Shown here piece by piece: positions 1 to 11,000 of a stretch of 64,000 bases of DNA; within the stretch, counting starts at the first letter, position 1; each line of letters starts with the position of its first letter. The DNA is from a virus. Its lineage: Duplodnaviria > Caudoviricetes. The stretch is taken from positions 1 to 64,000 of IMG/VR virus record IMGVR_UViG_3300032218_003007. The stretch is one strand, 5' to 3'. Under the pieces are notes generated by a model that searched no databases, had not been told where the DNA came from, and saw nothing but the letters and a program-made list of their open reading frames with translations. The translations under genes were made by a program, and so were the position numbers.

Positions 1-31
1 CGACGATGTTTTCTTGAAATAGCCAAGTCAT
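1..31 (-). CDS. 5' end of a gene running off the window (MTWLFQENIV...), possibly a GIY-YIG/endonuclease II-like protein
   Basis: ATG at 31 on the - strand, preceded by late-type CATAAGTA (55-62). Only 10 codons are visible, so the product is a guess from N-terminus style and position after gp46. Confidence 0.3.
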   Translation of the reverse strand, partial: MTWLFQENIV

Positions 32-81
32 GTGTGTGCTTACCGTGTATCATTTACTTATGCCTGTGCTTGAGCCATGAT

Positions 82-1854
82 TTATTTTATATCTAAATCC
101 GTGTCGAATCTAGTGTATCCATTTTCTTTAATGACCTTTAATGTGTTATTAACTCGTCCTGAGAGTTCATCTCGATGTGACACGAGCCAAACACTTTTAT
201 TATGATTTCTACTGAGTTTTTTCAAAATAGTAATGGCGTTTTCTACACCTATCGCATCAAGACCGTTATCTAATAACTCATCAATGAAAACAAGATTAAT
301 TGGTTGGTATAAATTTTCAAAAACATCTCTGAATGCTAAACTCAGTGATAATATCAATCTAGTTGTCTCGCCACGAGAAAGATTACCAGGATCTAAATCT
401 CTACCAAGTTCGCTGATACTTACTGTGAGATCATTGTTGAACTTCACAGTATGAGGCAAGCCGATTCGATCTAGATACTGTCCAAGTCTGCCATTCAGAT
501 AGCTGAGATTTTGATCGATAATACTCTTGCGAATGAAACTGTCTTTGTTGGTCAGTAGTTTCAGTAGAAACTCTTGATGGTCTCTGACATTAGAAAGGTC
601 ATTTAGGATGCCATAATCTATTTCTTCAATAGCTTTGGCAGTCATTTCTTCGATTTGCTCAGAATAGGGATCTATATCTTCTGATTTGGCAGCGATTTGC
701 TCTTGCAGCTTGTTTACTGTGCTGCGATGGTCATAAGCATCTCGTTCGTGATCGTAGAAAATCTTAGGCTGAACCCCTAGTTCACCTAGGTCATTTAATG
801 CTTCTGACAGTTCAAGCCATTGACTGTTGGCAGCTAGTGCACGACCTGCTGCTTCTTCTAGCTGAAGACGATGTTCTGCTAGTACTTGTTCATGTTTGGC
901 ATCATGAAACTCTTGTCCACAGGTATGACAAGTGTGATTTTCTAGACTTTGGATTTCTTTGGCTAGTCGATCTACACTGCGAGTTTCTCGGTCTTCATCC
1001 AGCTTACAACGCTTGATTGCAGATTGTAGCTCAGTGATATCTCTGTTTTTTTCATTGTATGCAGCCAGATCTTTGTGAGCTTGAATCTCAGCATCAATGT
1101 CGATTTCTAGCAATGACGCCAGTGATTCTGCTAGACTTTCCAAATCTTCTTGATGCTTGATTTCCCACAGTCGCTTGCGCTTGCGCAGACTTTCAATTTG
1201 TTCTTCAATACGCTTGTTAGCATCAGTCACTGCCTTGATACGAAACTCTTCTTGACTGATGGCATCTTTGGTCAGGCGAATCTGTTCTTTTAATGCTTCT
1301 GCTTTTTCACTGAGTAGCGTAATACCCAGCAACTGCTCGATAATAGTTCGTTGATCGTTAGCCTTCATGTTCAAAAAAGGCTCAGTATAGGTGTTCAGTG
1401 CAATAATATGCTGAAACATATCATGCTTCATGCCTAGTACCTGTTCAATATCAGCTTGTGTTTCTCGGCTGTCACCTTGGGCTTCATCAGTGATTTCTTT
1501 TTCTGAACCTGCTACCCAGAACTTCATGACAGCAGGTTTTCGGCCGCGCTCGATACGATATTCAACGCCGTTTTTTTCAAACTCTACTGTGACTAACATG
1601 TTTTTAGCATTAGTCTTGTTTATTAAATTATCACGCTTTATGTTGTTTAGTGCTTGACCAAATAAACCATAACTCACAGCGTTCATGATAGCACTCTTGC
1701 CAACACCATTTCGAGCACCAGCATCATCGCCGCCTAGATCTAGATTCTCACCTAGAACAAGTGTTAAATCCTTACGATCAAAGTTTATAGCTTGGGTAGC
1801 ATTTCCTACCGATAGGAAATTTTTTAGCGTAACAGTTTTTATTTTTAACATCAC
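82..1854 (-). CDS. gp46: SbcC/Rad50-like recombination nuclease ATPase subunit (T4 gp46-like)
   Basis: LKNFLS N-terminus, Walker A NGVGKS, coiled coil with CHTC zinc hook, LSRGE signature, VFIDE Walker B, SH switch. Confidence 0.95.
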   Translation of the reverse strand: MMLKIKTVTLKNFLSVGNATQAINFDRKDLTLVLGENLDLGGDDAGARNGVGKSAIMNAVSYGLFGQALNNIKRDNLINKTNAKNMLVTVEFEKNGVEYRIERGRKPAVMKFWVAGSEKEITDEAQGDSRETQADIEQVLGMKHDMFQHIIALNTYTEPFLNMKANDQRTIIEQLLGITLLSEKAEALKEQIRLTKDAISQEEFRIKAVTDANKRIEEQIESLRKRKRLWEIKHQEDLESLAESLASLLEIDIDAEIQAHKDLAAYNEKNRDITELQSAIKRCKLDEDRETRSVDRLAKEIQSLENHTCHTCGQEFHDAKHEQVLAEHRLQLEEAAGRALAANSQWLELSEALNDLGELGVQPKIFYDHERDAYDHRSTVNKLQEQIAAKSEDIDPYSEQIEEMTAKAIEEIDYGILNDLSNVRDHQEFLLKLLTNKDSFIRKSIIDQNLSYLNGRLGQYLDRIGLPHTVKFNNDLTVSISELGRDLDPGNLSRGETTRLILSLSLAFRDVFENLYQPINLVFIDELLDNGLDAIGVENAITILKKLSRNHNKSVWLVSHRDELSGRVNNTLKVIKENGYTRFDTDLDIK

Positions 1855-2867
1855 AGATTCCTATAGATGTCTAATAGTAGCTTGGGATCGTATTGATTGC
1901 TATCAATGTTGGTCAACTGTCCTGTGACGATTTGATCTACACTCTTGAAATCAATATTGCCCTGCAACTGATATTCAGTTAAGTCAGTAGTTTTAGCAGG
2001 AATCAAGGTGATTTCTCGCAACTTATAAGTGTCGATAAAAGTTTCCTTGATAAAGCTAGCCTCTTCATAACTGATATCAATGTCCAGATTCACTCGAACA
2101 TGCATGTTTGGCTGCAACATTGCTTCAGTATGTCTCAGTACATCACTGAGTTGAAACACACGATACATAGGTTGTTCTGGCCAAGCATGAAACTCAGGTT
2201 TAGCTCCCCATTCTAGAATCATAATACCGCGATCATCATCACCTGCATCCGCATAGTTATGTGGGAAACAGTTGCCTACATATGTGATGTTGCGCTGAGT
2301 TTGCCGTTTGTGAAAATGTCCAGTGTACACATGTTCAAAGCCTTGGAAATGGTCGCCACGCAGTTCACCGTGTTCAGGCATTGCTACCATAGCATTCATT
2401 AAATAGCCTGGCAACTCGAAATGCCCAAACATATACTTGCCTCGGAGCTTGGGAATACGTCGGTGATCTTCGCCAACTAGCCAAGGAGCAATGACCACAT
2501 CACCATCGTGAAACCAATCATTAACGATGCGTACTCTAGAAAGGTGGCGTGCCCATTGGACGCTTTGTACATCACGCTTGTCGCGATAATAGAGATCGTG
2601 ATTGCCCGGAATAAACAAGACTTGATCAAAGTTATCATTTAAATGCTCCAATCCTTGCAAACTATAGTTTAAGGTTAGGATATTGATTGACGCCCGATTA
2701 TTATGGTAGTCACCCAAGAAAAAACAAGTTTCGCAACCTTCTTCTCGGGCGCGTGCTGTAGCCCATTTGATAAATCGCAGACAATCTTCGTTGTGGACGG
2801 TACTATTTGACTTTAATCCAAAGTGAATATCAGTCAGTACCATGGCTTTTTTGAATAATTTACTCAT
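1851..2867 (-). CDS. gp47: SbcD/Mre11-like nuclease subunit (T4 gp47-like)
   Basis: Metallophosphoesterase motifs TDIHFG, LGD, PGNHD, GHFH; 4-nt overlap with gp46. Confidence 0.95.
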   Translation of the reverse strand: MSKLFKKAMVLTDIHFGLKSNSTVHNEDCLRFIKWATARAREEGCETCFFLGDYHNNRASINILTLNYSLQGLEHLNDNFDQVLFIPGNHDLYYRDKRDVQSVQWARHLSRVRIVNDWFHDGDVVIAPWLVGEDHRRIPKLRGKYMFGHFELPGYLMNAMVAMPEHGELRGDHFQGFEHVYTGHFHKRQTQRNITYVGNCFPHNYADAGDDDRGIMILEWGAKPEFHAWPEQPMYRVFQLSDVLRHTEAMLQPNMHVRVNLDIDISYEEASFIKETFIDTYKLREITLIPAKTTDLTEYQLQGNIDFKSVDQIVTGQLTNIDSNQYDPKLLLDIYRNL

Positions 2868-2873
2868 ACATAG

Positions 2874-2902
2874 ATTATACGAGATTCAATCAGCAATATC
2901 AA
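2874..2902 (-). promoter_or_regulatory. sigma70-type promoter for gp47, probably giving a leaderless mRNA
   Basis: TTGATA-17 nt-TATAAT, then only 6 nt to the ATG and no Shine-Dalgarno. Confidence 0.65.
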
Positions 2903-3777
2903 TCATCTATGTGACCTGGTTTATCCAATCCCCATTCATATTGTCTGGTAAAGCTGGGTGTCATGCCATTTGCTTCCAGGATATCATCACGAATACTTTG
3001 GTTACGTTTTTCAGCATGTAAGATGCGAGTGAAACTATTGGTTATAGCTGCTGTATAATAGGCAAAAGGATTCTGACTTTTGCTTTCGTCGAATTTCAAA
3101 CCATTGTAGCTAAGCTGAAGCAATGCTTGTCCTCGCATTTCGTCATTGTAAGTATAACCTCTCCAATTACTTCGGGTAGCATACTTTTCGCAGAGTTTAA
3201 TAAACATTGTGGCTAATTTTCGGGTAATTTGACCATGTTCTTTGCAGAATTCGCCTGTTTCTAAGTCACCCCGCCAGTGGCTCTTGCCTACACAGTAAAG
3301 TTCTCCTGATTCATCAACTTTATAATGCATAAACGGAGGAAAGTTTGATTTAACGTATTTGTTATGGGTGGTATCTGCTTCGTCGTAATCTATTAGAAGT
3401 GGATCTTCGTCATCTTCGATCTCTAGTGCTACCATTCTTGCTCGTTTGGTCTTAGCATCATCTAATGGTATATGTTCCCATGTCATTACACGAAAAACTA
3501 CGTCAGTGTCTTTGATAGACTCCACTGGTATCTCGAACTCATCAAGTTTTCGCTTATCATTTTCGTCATCTTTAACCGCTTCTGAAAATGCAATTTTCGC
3601 TAATCTTGCAGCTCTGTTGATTCTTGCTTCGGCAATAATGTCTGAATCTATCTTTTTGACATCATCTAGGATCATATCATAATCTGCATACGCAGAATCA
3701 ATGAAGCTACAGTAAGTATTTTTGCTTTTATGTATTTCTTTTAATATGTCTTTATTGTTTAGATAGTTTGTCTTCAT
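2899..3777 (-). CDS. gp55: Late-transcription sigma factor (T4 gp55-like)
   Basis: NYLNNKD N-terminus; YATRSNWRGYTYNDEM and KFDESKSQNPFAYYT motifs typical of gp55-family proteins; adjacent to gp47 as in T4; AAGGA RBS. Confidence 0.85.
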   Translation of the reverse strand: MKTNYLNNKDILKEIHKSKNTYCSFIDSAYADYDMILDDVKKIDSDIIAEARINRAARLAKIAFSEAVKDDENDKRKLDEFEIPVESIKDTDVVFRVMTWEHIPLDDAKTKRARMVALEIEDDEDPLLIDYDEADTTHNKYVKSNFPPFMHYKVDESGELYCVGKSHWRGDLETGEFCKEHGQITRKLATMFIKLCEKYATRSNWRGYTYNDEMRGQALLQLSYNGLKFDESKSQNPFAYYTAAITNSFTRILHAEKRNQSIRDDILEANGMTPSFTRQYEWGLDKPGHIDD

Positions 3778-3856
3778 CCGGTTTCCTTTATTGGTGGATT
3801 ACAATATCATACTACTTGACAGTAGTCAAGCATTAATGTTAGCCGTTTATTCAAGC

Positions 3857-3864
3857 AATAAATA
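3857..3864 (+). promoter_or_regulatory. T4-type late promoter (AATAAATA)
   Basis: Resembles T4 TATAAATA and starts the structural operon; the same TAAATA core recurs before many structural genes. Confidence 0.65.
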
Positions 3865-3889
3865 GTCTTATATAGATGGAATATATTTA

Positions 3890-4801
3890 ATGGCTTTGAC
3901 CACGGCAGAACTTTTAGCAATCCACGCAGAAGAAGGAATAGCTGCGCAAGCAGCAGTTAACGCATTATCACCCGAATATGCTGACGGTAGATTAGCTGGT
4001 CCGCCGGCTTCTGCGTATAATCCAGCGTTTTTTAATAACACTCCTGGTGGATTTATATCTAATCCAAGCGATCTGCGATTACAAGCAGCTGGATTATTTC
4101 CTGGTGGTGCCAATACTAACATATCACCGGGATTAAATGTAATTCCAACAATGGGAAGTAGCACGCAAAAAGATTGGCGTGTAAAGATAACTATTGCAGA
4201 TTGGGGGATTTTTAGCACTGCACCGACAGATTTGATCAGCCCGTTAGTTCGTACTAATGGAGTAATATTTCCATATGTTCCGAGTATTTCAGTGACACAT
4301 AATGCTAGATATCAAGAACAAGCATTGACACACAGTAATTATAAGAATTACTTTTATGAAGGCTCAGATGTAGCACCAATTTCTATAGCTGGAGATTTTA
4401 CTGTACAGAATGTTGAGGAAGGTAGATATCTACTAGCTGCGATATATTTCTTTCGTGCAGCTACTAAGATGTTCTTTGCAAATGGAGAGAATCTGGGTAA
4501 TCCGCCGCCATTGGTATTTTTAGACGGATTTGGCGAACATTATTTTCCTCATGTTAGTTGTGTTTTACAACAGTTCGTGCATACAATGCCAAATGATGTA
4601 GATTATATTCAAATACCTGTGACAACCGGTGGCATACCTAGTACAGCTACTACCAGTGGCCAGACTGTACGACTGCCGACTACCAGTCAGATACAGATTC
4701 AAGTTCAGCCAGTGTACAGTCGCAAGAATGTCTATGATAAATTTAATCTACGAGACTTTGCACAAGGCAAACTATTACGCAGCAATGGAGGATTTATCTG
4801 A
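3890..4801 (+). CDS. Baseplate/tail-tube-initiator-like virion protein
   Basis: GVIFPYVPSI...FFRAATKMFF...GNPPPLVFL pattern of tail-tube-fold baseplate proteins; first gene of the baseplate cluster. Confidence 0.55.
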   Translation: MALTTAELLAIHAEEGIAAQAAVNALSPEYADGRLAGPPASAYNPAFFNNTPGGFISNPSDLRLQAAGLFPGGANTNISPGLNVIPTMGSSTQKDWRVKITIADWGIFSTAPTDLISPLVRTNGVIFPYVPSISVTHNARYQEQALTHSNYKNYFYEGSDVAPISIAGDFTVQNVEEGRYLLAAIYFFRAATKMFFANGENLGNPPPLVFLDGFGEHYFPHVSCVLQQFVHTMPNDVDYIQIPVTTGGIPSTATTSGQTVRLPTTSQIQIQVQPVYSRKNVYDKFNLRDFAQGKLLRSNGGFI

Positions 4802-5103
4802 TGGCTGCAAAATATAGTAAAACTAGTGCATATTATAACACCGGCACATTCAGCAACTTTCTCGATATTTTAACGTACCGGCCTATCACTAGGTATTCAG
4901 ACGATGTGTTATATACGATCGATAAGTTTTATGAACTTAGGCCAGATTTATTAGCATACGATTTATACGGCGATGCAGCATTGTGGTGGGTATTCCGAGA
5001 AAGAAATCCCAATACAATCGATGATCCTGTCTTTGATTTTCGTGCAGGTTTGAATATCTATCTTCCTAAGAAACAGAATCTCGCATCAGATTTAGGTATC
5101 TAA
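4801..5103 (+). CDS. LysM-type baseplate wedge protein (T4 gp53/P2 gpX-like)
   Basis: RPDLLAYDLYGDAALWWVF...NP...IYLP degenerate LysM motif; 100 aa. Confidence 0.8.
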   Translation: MAAKYSKTSAYYNTGTFSNFLDILTYRPITRYSDDVLYTIDKFYELRPDLLAYDLYGDAALWWVFRERNPNTIDDPVFDFRAGLNIYLPKKQNLASDLGI

Positions 5104-5107
5104 CAAT

Positions 5108-8068
5108 ATGGCTACTGACTACGAAGTCACAGATAAACTTAGGCTTCTAAACGCTCAAAAAACTCAACTAGAAGCTCAACTAACAGAGCTTGACGATTTA
5201 TATAATCGTTTAGATGCAACGTCTGAACAAGCAAAAAATGACGAAGAATCTAATTCTATTTTTCAGCAAAAATTAGCTATTAGCGAAAAAATAACCAATA
5301 TTCAGAAAAATGTTGATGCTGTATCAAATCAGATAGCCGATCTAAATAATCGAGCAAATACTCAAGCTACACCAGCTACGCAAGCAGAGAAAGATAATGC
5401 AGCCGTAAACACTGCATCAGAATCACAAAATACTACAACAACCGGCACTGGATTTACTTCAGTTACATTGCTATCTTCTGATGAACAAAAGAAACAAACA
5501 GACAGTTTATATCCTACTGATCCCAATGCAACTGAGCCTGATCCTACAGCAATTAAAAAATCAACCGAAGATGCTGCTAAAACAGAAAAACCAGCAGCTG
5601 AAATTACTTCTATTGACAAAAAACAAAAAGCTGAGCCGATACCTAATCCGTTACATGAATACCCTAGTTACACTTACGGCATTAGTTTACACGCATTAAC
5701 AACAAAAGATTTTAATGACTTATCAACCAACGGTCCAAAAAAATTCAAGATAAGCAAGACTCTGATCAGTTCAGCTAGCAGATATCATGATACTCGTATA
5801 CCAAGTTTCCGTGATGATTTCTACTTTGAAGACTTAAAAATGGAAACAATTGTTGGCATGAATTCTCATGCACAAGGAACTAATGCTATTCAGTTGAGCT
5901 TCTCTTTAATTGAGCCGTATGGATTAACATTGTTGAATCGATTGATAGATGTTAACATCAGTGAGTTTGAAGCTACTAGTTACCTCGAAATACCATATTT
6001 GTTAGAAATCAATTTTTTTGCTTACGATGACCAAGGTAATATAGCAGATCTTAAAGATCATACGAAATTTATACCAATAAAACTAGTAGACATGAAAATA
6101 AAAGCCTCAGTCAAAGGAGGCGAATACGAAATATCTGCAGTGCCATTTAGTCATTCTGCACTTAGCGAGACAACCAACGCTAGTCCTGCTAACTTTGAAG
6201 TTGTCGCACAAACAGTGCGAGGATTTTTCAATTCACAAACATTAGCTATAAATGAATTAAAACAGATTAATGATTCTGTGCCTAAATCACCTAACTCTGG
6301 CAGCAATGGTACAAATACAGCCGGATCTGATGTAAGACAAGCTGATACTGCTAACAAAAGCAACAATGAAACTGGAGCTGCAACTACACCACCTGCAATA
6401 AGCATCACTAGTTATGTAGCAGCATATAATGCATGGCAAATACAAGCTGCTAAAAACGGAGTTCAACAGTATGCCGATGAGATAAAAGTTATAGTTGACG
6501 ATGCTATGCAGACAAATATAGTTTTTCCTAGAAAGAATCCATCAGACAAAGCACCAATAAAAGATAAATTAAGTGCTAGTAAGAGAGAAGCTAGTAATAA
6601 TGTCGCTACACAATCATCTACTCCTGTGACAGGACCAGATTTTGAAAGATCCACTTTTAATGTTAATGCAGGAACATCTATTCTGGCTTTGATAAATCAA
6701 GTTTTATTAAACAGTGAATACATAACCAAACAAATTATCGATCCAACTGTACAACAAGATATTAATTCATTGACCTCAGACGGATCTCCGGCAGCGTTAG
6801 CAGCGAAACTAAAAAAAGAGACATTTAAATGGTATAAGATTATTCCTCAGGTTATTCTTGGGCCATATGATACTGTGAGAAATCAATATCAACGATCAAT
6901 CGTGTATCATGTGAAAACGTTTGAATATCATAATAGTAAAGATAATAGAGCAGTACAATCTTTTCCAGATGGTTACGCTAAAAAATATGATTATATGTTT
7001 ACCGGACAGAATAATGATATCATCGATTTTGAAATAGATTTCAATAGTTTATATTATACGGCAGCCCAAAGCGACCTTGCTAAAAATGAACAAATTTCTA
7101 AACAGCAAGATAGTGGTGCATCAGCAAATTCAAAATCAACTGTTGGTAGTAATCCAAGTTCAGGTGTCACTAAGATTTCAAATATTCCTGTGGCAGGTCA
7201 AGCAGGTGCAGGCACATTGGGCGCAGGAACAGATTCTACCAAAGTACAAGCTCGTCTAGTATCGCAAAGTATATTGAGTGGCGCTAAAGGCGACATGTTA
7301 AATTTAAAACTTAAGATACTAGGAGATCCACAATTCATTAAGCAAGATGATGTCTTCATCAATCCGGGCCATCCTGATTACGATGATACCAAAGTTTTAT
7401 CAACGACCACCAATAGCCTAGTTATGGATAGTGGCGAAATATATTGTTATGTTACTTTTAAAACTCCTGTTGATATAGATGAAACCACAGGATTGCTTAG
7501 AAAAGATTCAAAATATGTAGAAAGTGTTTTCAGTGGATATTTTAGGGTCATGACTGTGCAAAGTGAATTTCAAAACGGCAAGTTTGTACAGACTATTGAT
7601 TTGATTCGGCAATTCAATCAACCAGGCGACGATAAGTCTTCCGATTCAAATCAGTTAGGAGATAAAAACGCCGCAGATAACCGTATCACTGATAAAAATT
7701 TAGTCAATGGTAATAAAGCAGCAGATCCTAAGGTAAATTCTACTGCGTCAGGAAATCCAGATACGGTAGTAGTAGATAAAAAAACAACTTCCACGAATGA
7801 ATCAAATGCTGCCGGCACAGTAGTAAGTAGAAAAGAAACTTCTTCTACAACAACAGCTATGGTATCAGGTGGTGGTGTGACACTAAGAAAAGCAGATGGT
7901 ACTACACAATATCTGCCAGATGATCCAAACGAGAGACAAAAGGCTATATCACAAGAAACTAAAGATCTGAACGCACTGGCTGATGAAGCCAATGACCAAG
8001 TAAATGTGGATAAAGAGTTAGCACAAATAGTAAACAGCGGCCCACCGCGAGAAAATCAAGACTTCTAA
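5108..8068 (+). CDS. Probable baseplate hub protein (gp27-like position) with N-terminal coiled coil
   Basis: 986 aa between the gp53-like and gp5-like genes; LKILGDP...FSGYFRVMTVQSEFQNGKFVQTIDL C-terminal hub-like motif. Confidence 0.55.
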   Translation: MATDYEVTDKLRLLNAQKTQLEAQLTELDDLYNRLDATSEQAKNDEESNSIFQQKLAISEKITNIQKNVDAVSNQIADLNNRANTQATPATQAEKDNAAVNTASESQNTTTTGTGFTSVTLLSSDEQKKQTDSLYPTDPNATEPDPTAIKKSTEDAAKTEKPAAEITSIDKKQKAEPIPNPLHEYPSYTYGISLHALTTKDFNDLSTNGPKKFKISKTLISSASRYHDTRIPSFRDDFYFEDLKMETIVGMNSHAQGTNAIQLSFSLIEPYGLTLLNRLIDVNISEFEATSYLEIPYLLEINFFAYDDQGNIADLKDHTKFIPIKLVDMKIKASVKGGEYEISAVPFSHSALSETTNASPANFEVVAQTVRGFFNSQTLAINELKQINDSVPKSPNSGSNGTNTAGSDVRQADTANKSNNETGAATTPPAISITSYVAAYNAWQIQAAKNGVQQYADEIKVIVDDAMQTNIVFPRKNPSDKAPIKDKLSASKREASNNVATQSSTPVTGPDFERSTFNVNAGTSILALINQVLLNSEYITKQIIDPTVQQDINSLTSDGSPAALAAKLKKETFKWYKIIPQVILGPYDTVRNQYQRSIVYHVKTFEYHNSKDNRAVQSFPDGYAKKYDYMFTGQNNDIIDFEIDFNSLYYTAAQSDLAKNEQISKQQDSGASANSKSTVGSNPSSGVTKISNIPVAGQAGAGTLGAGTDSTKVQARLVSQSILSGAKGDMLNLKLKILGDPQFIKQDDVFINPGHPDYDDTKVLSTTTNSLVMDSGEIYCYVTFKTPVDIDETTGLLRKDSKYVESVFSGYFRVMTVQSEFQNGKFVQTIDLIRQFNQPGDDKSSDSNQLGDKNAADNRITDKNLVNGNKAADPKVNSTASGNPDTVVVDKKTTSTNESNAAGTVVSRKETSSTTTAMVSGGGVTLRKADGTTQYLPDDPNERQKAISQETKDLNALADEANDQVNVDKELAQIVNSGPPRENQDF

Positions 8069-8080
8069 AAAGGATAAACA

Positions 8081-11000
8081 ATGGCAGAAGATAGGCGACA
8101 AGGCAGAAAAACTCCGGCTCACACAGACCGAGAAAAAGTTGCCGGTACGAAATTAGACGCAGCTACCTATATAGGAGTAGTCAAAGATAATTATGATCCA
8201 ACTCGCAGCGGTAGACTACAGGTATGGATACCTGACTTTGGTGGTACCCAGGACGAAAAATCTGGTAATAATCCTGCGTTCTGGAGAACAGTAAGCTATG
8301 CAAGTCCTTATTTTGGTGCAACTTATCAACCTAGCAAGTATGAAAAGAATAGCTTTGACACAGTAAATCATACGTATGGGATGTGGATGATACCACCTGA
8401 TATAGGAAACCAGGTATTGTGCACATTTGTAAATGGAGATCCAGGTAGAGGATACTGGTTTGCGTGTATTAATCCTACTCTAAGTCATGGCATGGTACCT
8501 GGCATAGCTACAAACCCTAAGGCAGATACAACGACGGTTGACGATTATCTTAAACCAAGTCTTGACCCTAACGGGCCAAAACCTCAGGTACTGCCGGTCG
8601 TCGAGTTCAATGAAAATGCTCCAGATGCAATATCAGATAACTTTTACAATAACCCAAGACCTATACATGAATGGCAAGCTAATGTGTTACTCAGGCAGGG
8701 GTTGGACATCGATGGTATTCGCGGCGCAATAAGCAGCAGCAGTCAGCGTGAAACACCAAGTCACGTATTTGGTATATCTACACCTGGACGTGCTTACGGA
8801 AATGATCCTGCAGATGATCCTGAGTACCAACAAAAAGTCAATCAGGGTTTGATTGATGATAATACGTATGCTGTTCGTGCTCGTAAAGGTGGTCATCAGT
8901 TTGTAATGGATGATGGCGATAGCACAGGCAAAGATCAGTTAATACGCCTACGCACATCATCAGGGCATCAAATTCTGATGAATGACTATGAAAAGATTGT
9001 GTATATTGCTAACAGCGAAGGCTCAGTCTGGATAGAATTAGCTGGCTCAGGGCACATGCATATTTTCACCGCATCCGGCTTCAATCTTCATACTCAAGGC
9101 GACATGAATCTTCACTCCGGCAAGAATGTCAACATACACGCTGAAAATAATGTTAACCTGTTTGCAACTAATGAATTTAATGTCAATGCTTCTAAAATCA
9201 ATGCAACTGCTTCAGATAGTATATTAGCTTTTGGTGGCAAAGTAAACATTGGATCTGGTAGCTTTATGAATATCGGAGCTAGTACGATAAACATGGGTGC
9301 CGGTGGTGCAATACAAATTAATGGCAGTAAGATAGATCTGAATAAGACATCGGGTGGCAATACAATTACAGGTGCTTCGATTCAGCAAAACACGCACAAT
9401 GCAACTGGATTTATAAGTGATCCCAATGTTACGCCAAGAAATGTTTGGCGAGAACAAATAGCTGCAGCACAAAGTATTGTATCAGTGTTGCCACAACACG
9501 AACCTTGGACACGACAAGGTGCAGGCATTCAAGTAACAGGCGATGCTCCATTAACAGTTGTAAACAGCAGTATCTGTCCACCTAAGAAAGGTGCACCGCC
9601 TAGCTATACTCTACCGCCGCCGAATAACGCCGCTGATCGAGGTAAAGTTAAAGGTCAACCATATCCTTGGTCTACTGATAAACCTTTTCTTGACAAAGTA
9701 AAGAGTATTAGTGAAACGTTAAATCTAAACTATATTGACATGTTAGCCTGCATGAATTTAGAAACAGGAGGTACGTTTGATCCAGCGATAACAAACAGCT
9801 TAGGTTATACTGGTTTAATTCAGTTTGGCGCAGATGCTTGTCGGGCATGTGGTACAACTACTAACGCGATAAAAGATTTGACTCGGCAGGATCAGTGTGA
9901 CTTTGTTTTGAAATATTTTCAAGTTAATCAACTTAATCAAAAAGCACCAACACCTAGACTAGTTGACATTTATCTAACGATATTATGGCCAGCTGCAGTG
10001 GGTAAGCCTGACGATTATGTAGTTTTCCAACCAAATAGTGCTGCACAAAGAGCTAATTCAGGATTTGACACAGATAAAAAAGGTTATACTACAGTTGCTG
10101 ACGTAGCAGCTAAAATTAAACAGAATCAAGATTCAGTTAAACAATTGTTGGCTAATGCAGGCGAGCAGTCACAAACACTGCCAGAAAACAAAGAAGTTTC
10201 TGATGGAACCGGCAATGTATTGTCAAGCACCGGTAGTACTACCATTTCTAATGTAGACACCGGCATCACTCAGGCTTCTGCTAAATCTCTACAGGGAGAC
10301 ACATGCCCTGCTGAATATCTGAATAAATCTGATAACTATAGCCCACCAGGTGGAATCGGTGATACCTCGCCTCAGTTTAGTCAACTGCAAGTTAAAGCTA
10401 TGATGAGTGAGCTAGGCTATCTTGAGAGTAAATGGGATTACGCTAAAGTAGCTAACGATACAGTCATTGGCAAATATCAAATCGATGCTTTTTATCTCAC
10501 AGATACTGCGCGAGCATATATTAAGCCTGATGCTTACAAGCAATATAGTGATTCTGCTGTGATATATAACGAAAGTTGGACAGGCAAAGATAAAATAAAC
10601 AGCGAAGAAACGTTCTTTGAATACAAGAGTACCCAAGATCAAATTCAATTTGATGAATTTACCACAAACTACGCTGCGTTAATAGCTAATGGTGGAATTA
10701 AGAATACTGATGATATTTGTACCGCAGCAGGCATGCTGTTCGTAGCACATTATTACCGAGATGTTGATAAAGCTAAAAAATGGCGAGATCAAGGTGGTGA
10801 TGATACTGCTGCGAATTACTTCAATCACGGGCGTTACTCTATTGATATTCTGGCAGCTAACGGTGCAGTGACACCTACTGTAGGCAGTGGGCTTGCTAGC
10901 GAAAATACCAGTGGTATTAATCCAGACGACGTATTAGTGTTCACCTCAGGCAGTGGCGACAGGTCACATTTCGATCAGTTGGATGGTAGTTTCAAGAGCG

